Below, piece after piece: positions 62,644-64,000 of a stretch of DNA of 64,000 nucleotides; the first letter of the stretch is position 1, and the number at the start of each line of letters is the position of its first letter. The position numbers and the translations under genes are program-made. Origin of the DNA: Bigelowiella natans CCMP2755 (lineage: Eukaryota; Protista; Cercozoa); NCBI GenBank assembly GCA_000320545.1, contig ADNK01000517.1, positions 1,556 through 65,555 of the forward strand, read 5' to 3'. The notes beneath the pieces are model-generated. The model was not told the origin of the DNA. It ran no database searches and saw nothing but the letters and a program-made list of their open reading frames with translations.

Positions 62644-64000
62644 CGAGGAGGATGAGGAGGAGGAGGAGAGAAATAGAGACCCCACGGAGGACAGCAGTAC
62701 ATGCTAATTTGGGTCACCCACCACAATCGATCTTAAATCCATCTTGAGCTAGTGCTGCTGCTGCTACTACTATACAATTACTACTACTAGCACAACTACC
62801 CATATATAGCCGCATCCCGCAGAAGAGGGCGGACCCGTCATCAGCTATTTCCTAATGATTAGTTGATTATCATCATCAGATAAAGACTACTACTGCTACT
62901 ATGCAAGCACCGAACATCGGCCAATGTCGTCGTGTCTTGCACCACGAAGATGAGGCTGAACGTGCATAAGATGCTTGCGACGGGGTCACCATCATCATCA
63001 TCATCATCATCATTTTTATACATCTTTCGCGAGTTCTGACTGGACGAGCTCCGCAGGCCAATTCACCGTTACCTGATAAGAGTAGTAGTAGTATAAGTAG
63101 TAGTCATAGGGTCATCGCATGACCAACAACTCAAAAGTTCTCTCCTCCTCTTCATCCTCCTTCTTCTGTACAGCAGCTAACACTCGTAGTCATCACTCTC
63201 ATCATCATCAACTTCGTCGTTCTCCCCTTCTTCTTCTTCTTCTTGTTCTTCCTGTTATCATCATTGCTGCGACGACTACTACGTCTCCTACCAAAGCCTC
63301 CTGCACGGCCAAGCACCACGCCAGAGCTTCCCATGCGGTGAAGAACGCAACCATGAACGTTGTCCCCTCCGTCTTGACCTCATATCCTCGAAACTTCCTC
63401 AGCATCTCTCTCAGAAGTCGGTCGTGCAACTCGATAGCCACGCCTGATGGCAAAAGGAGACGAGGAAGAGGGAAGGGGGGGGGGGGGGAGGGGAGGCGAG
63501 GTATTAATATTTCTGGTGACGGTGATGATGATGATGATGATGGCGGAGGAGTTAGGGAAAAGGCGAAATTGGTTGGAGACCGCAGCCCTTTGGCTCTCTC
63601 TTTGGTTGAAAAAGGTTCTTTGGATTGAAGAGTGGGGAGGACGTGTTACTGCTACTTTCTTATTTGGCTGCTGCTACTGCTATTGCTCGCGACGGAGTTT
63701 GCATAATATACCCTCCCAACCACACGCACGCACCACTACATCGTACGTACTCCTCCTCCTCCTCTTCCTCCTCCACCACCATCAGGGGGGGGAGGTGGTG
63801 TTCGTAGTCATGGTGGTAGCTGTTGCTTACTATTACTGTCACCAAAAAAAAAAGGGTGCCAAACTTTATACAAAAACACGGATCCCTACTATACCTTTCC
63901 TGACCCCGTCGTAGAGGTTGATTTCAATGACTGGCTGCTGGGCGTGCTCAGCCTAGTCCAGCACCATCACGAGCATACCTCGCATGTAAGCTCAAGTGGT
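61163..64000 (-). CDS. Class III adenylate/guanylate cyclase domain protein, 5' end outside window
   Basis: HDRLLREMLRKFRGYEVKTEG..FMVAF, ALAWCLAVQEAL, GLRVRMG, PTTGRMDYYGPSVNKSARV, GQVLVT, LGWHGLKG. Confidence 0.85.

Noticed and set aside
63352-63372. Cyclase lacking the catalytic Asp (VKTEGTTFM instead of EGDxFM)
   Set aside because: One G added to and one A removed from adjacent runs restores EGDTFM. It cannot be called a pseudo-enzyme without reads.

Overview
Gene-dense, intron-rich eukaryotic (protist-like) DNA in the standard genetic code; the taxon cannot be fixed from this window. It holds about 16 spliced genes: CLU/Clueless (5' partial), a TPT-family transporter, RhoGAP, a C2H2 zinc-finger protein, fused LEU1, GINS PSF3, an ankyrin-SAM protein, WBP1/OST48, a secreted protein with an MCF1-SHE-like toxin motif, an Sfi1-like protein, an SR protein, a divergent 14-3-3, a UIM protein, a TrhO-like rhodanese and a class III cyclase (5' partial). 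It also holds one intact, very young 5.7-kb Ty3/Gypsy LTR retrotransposon (identical 326-bp LTRs, TCTA target duplication). The most unusual signal is a set of intergenic islands in which TpA is almost eliminated except inside CTAG. Local repeat copies show TA, TG and CA at homologous sites, which points to a context-specific A-to-G ('reverse-RIP') hypermutation process. The Gypsy element sits inside one such island, at a (CTAG)n palindrome, and carries a degenerate Dam/DIRS-type adenine-methyltransferase-like domain where chromoviruses carry a chromodomain. Gene boundaries are hand-spliced and approximate. Several homopolymer-adjacent frameshifts suggest assembly errors.
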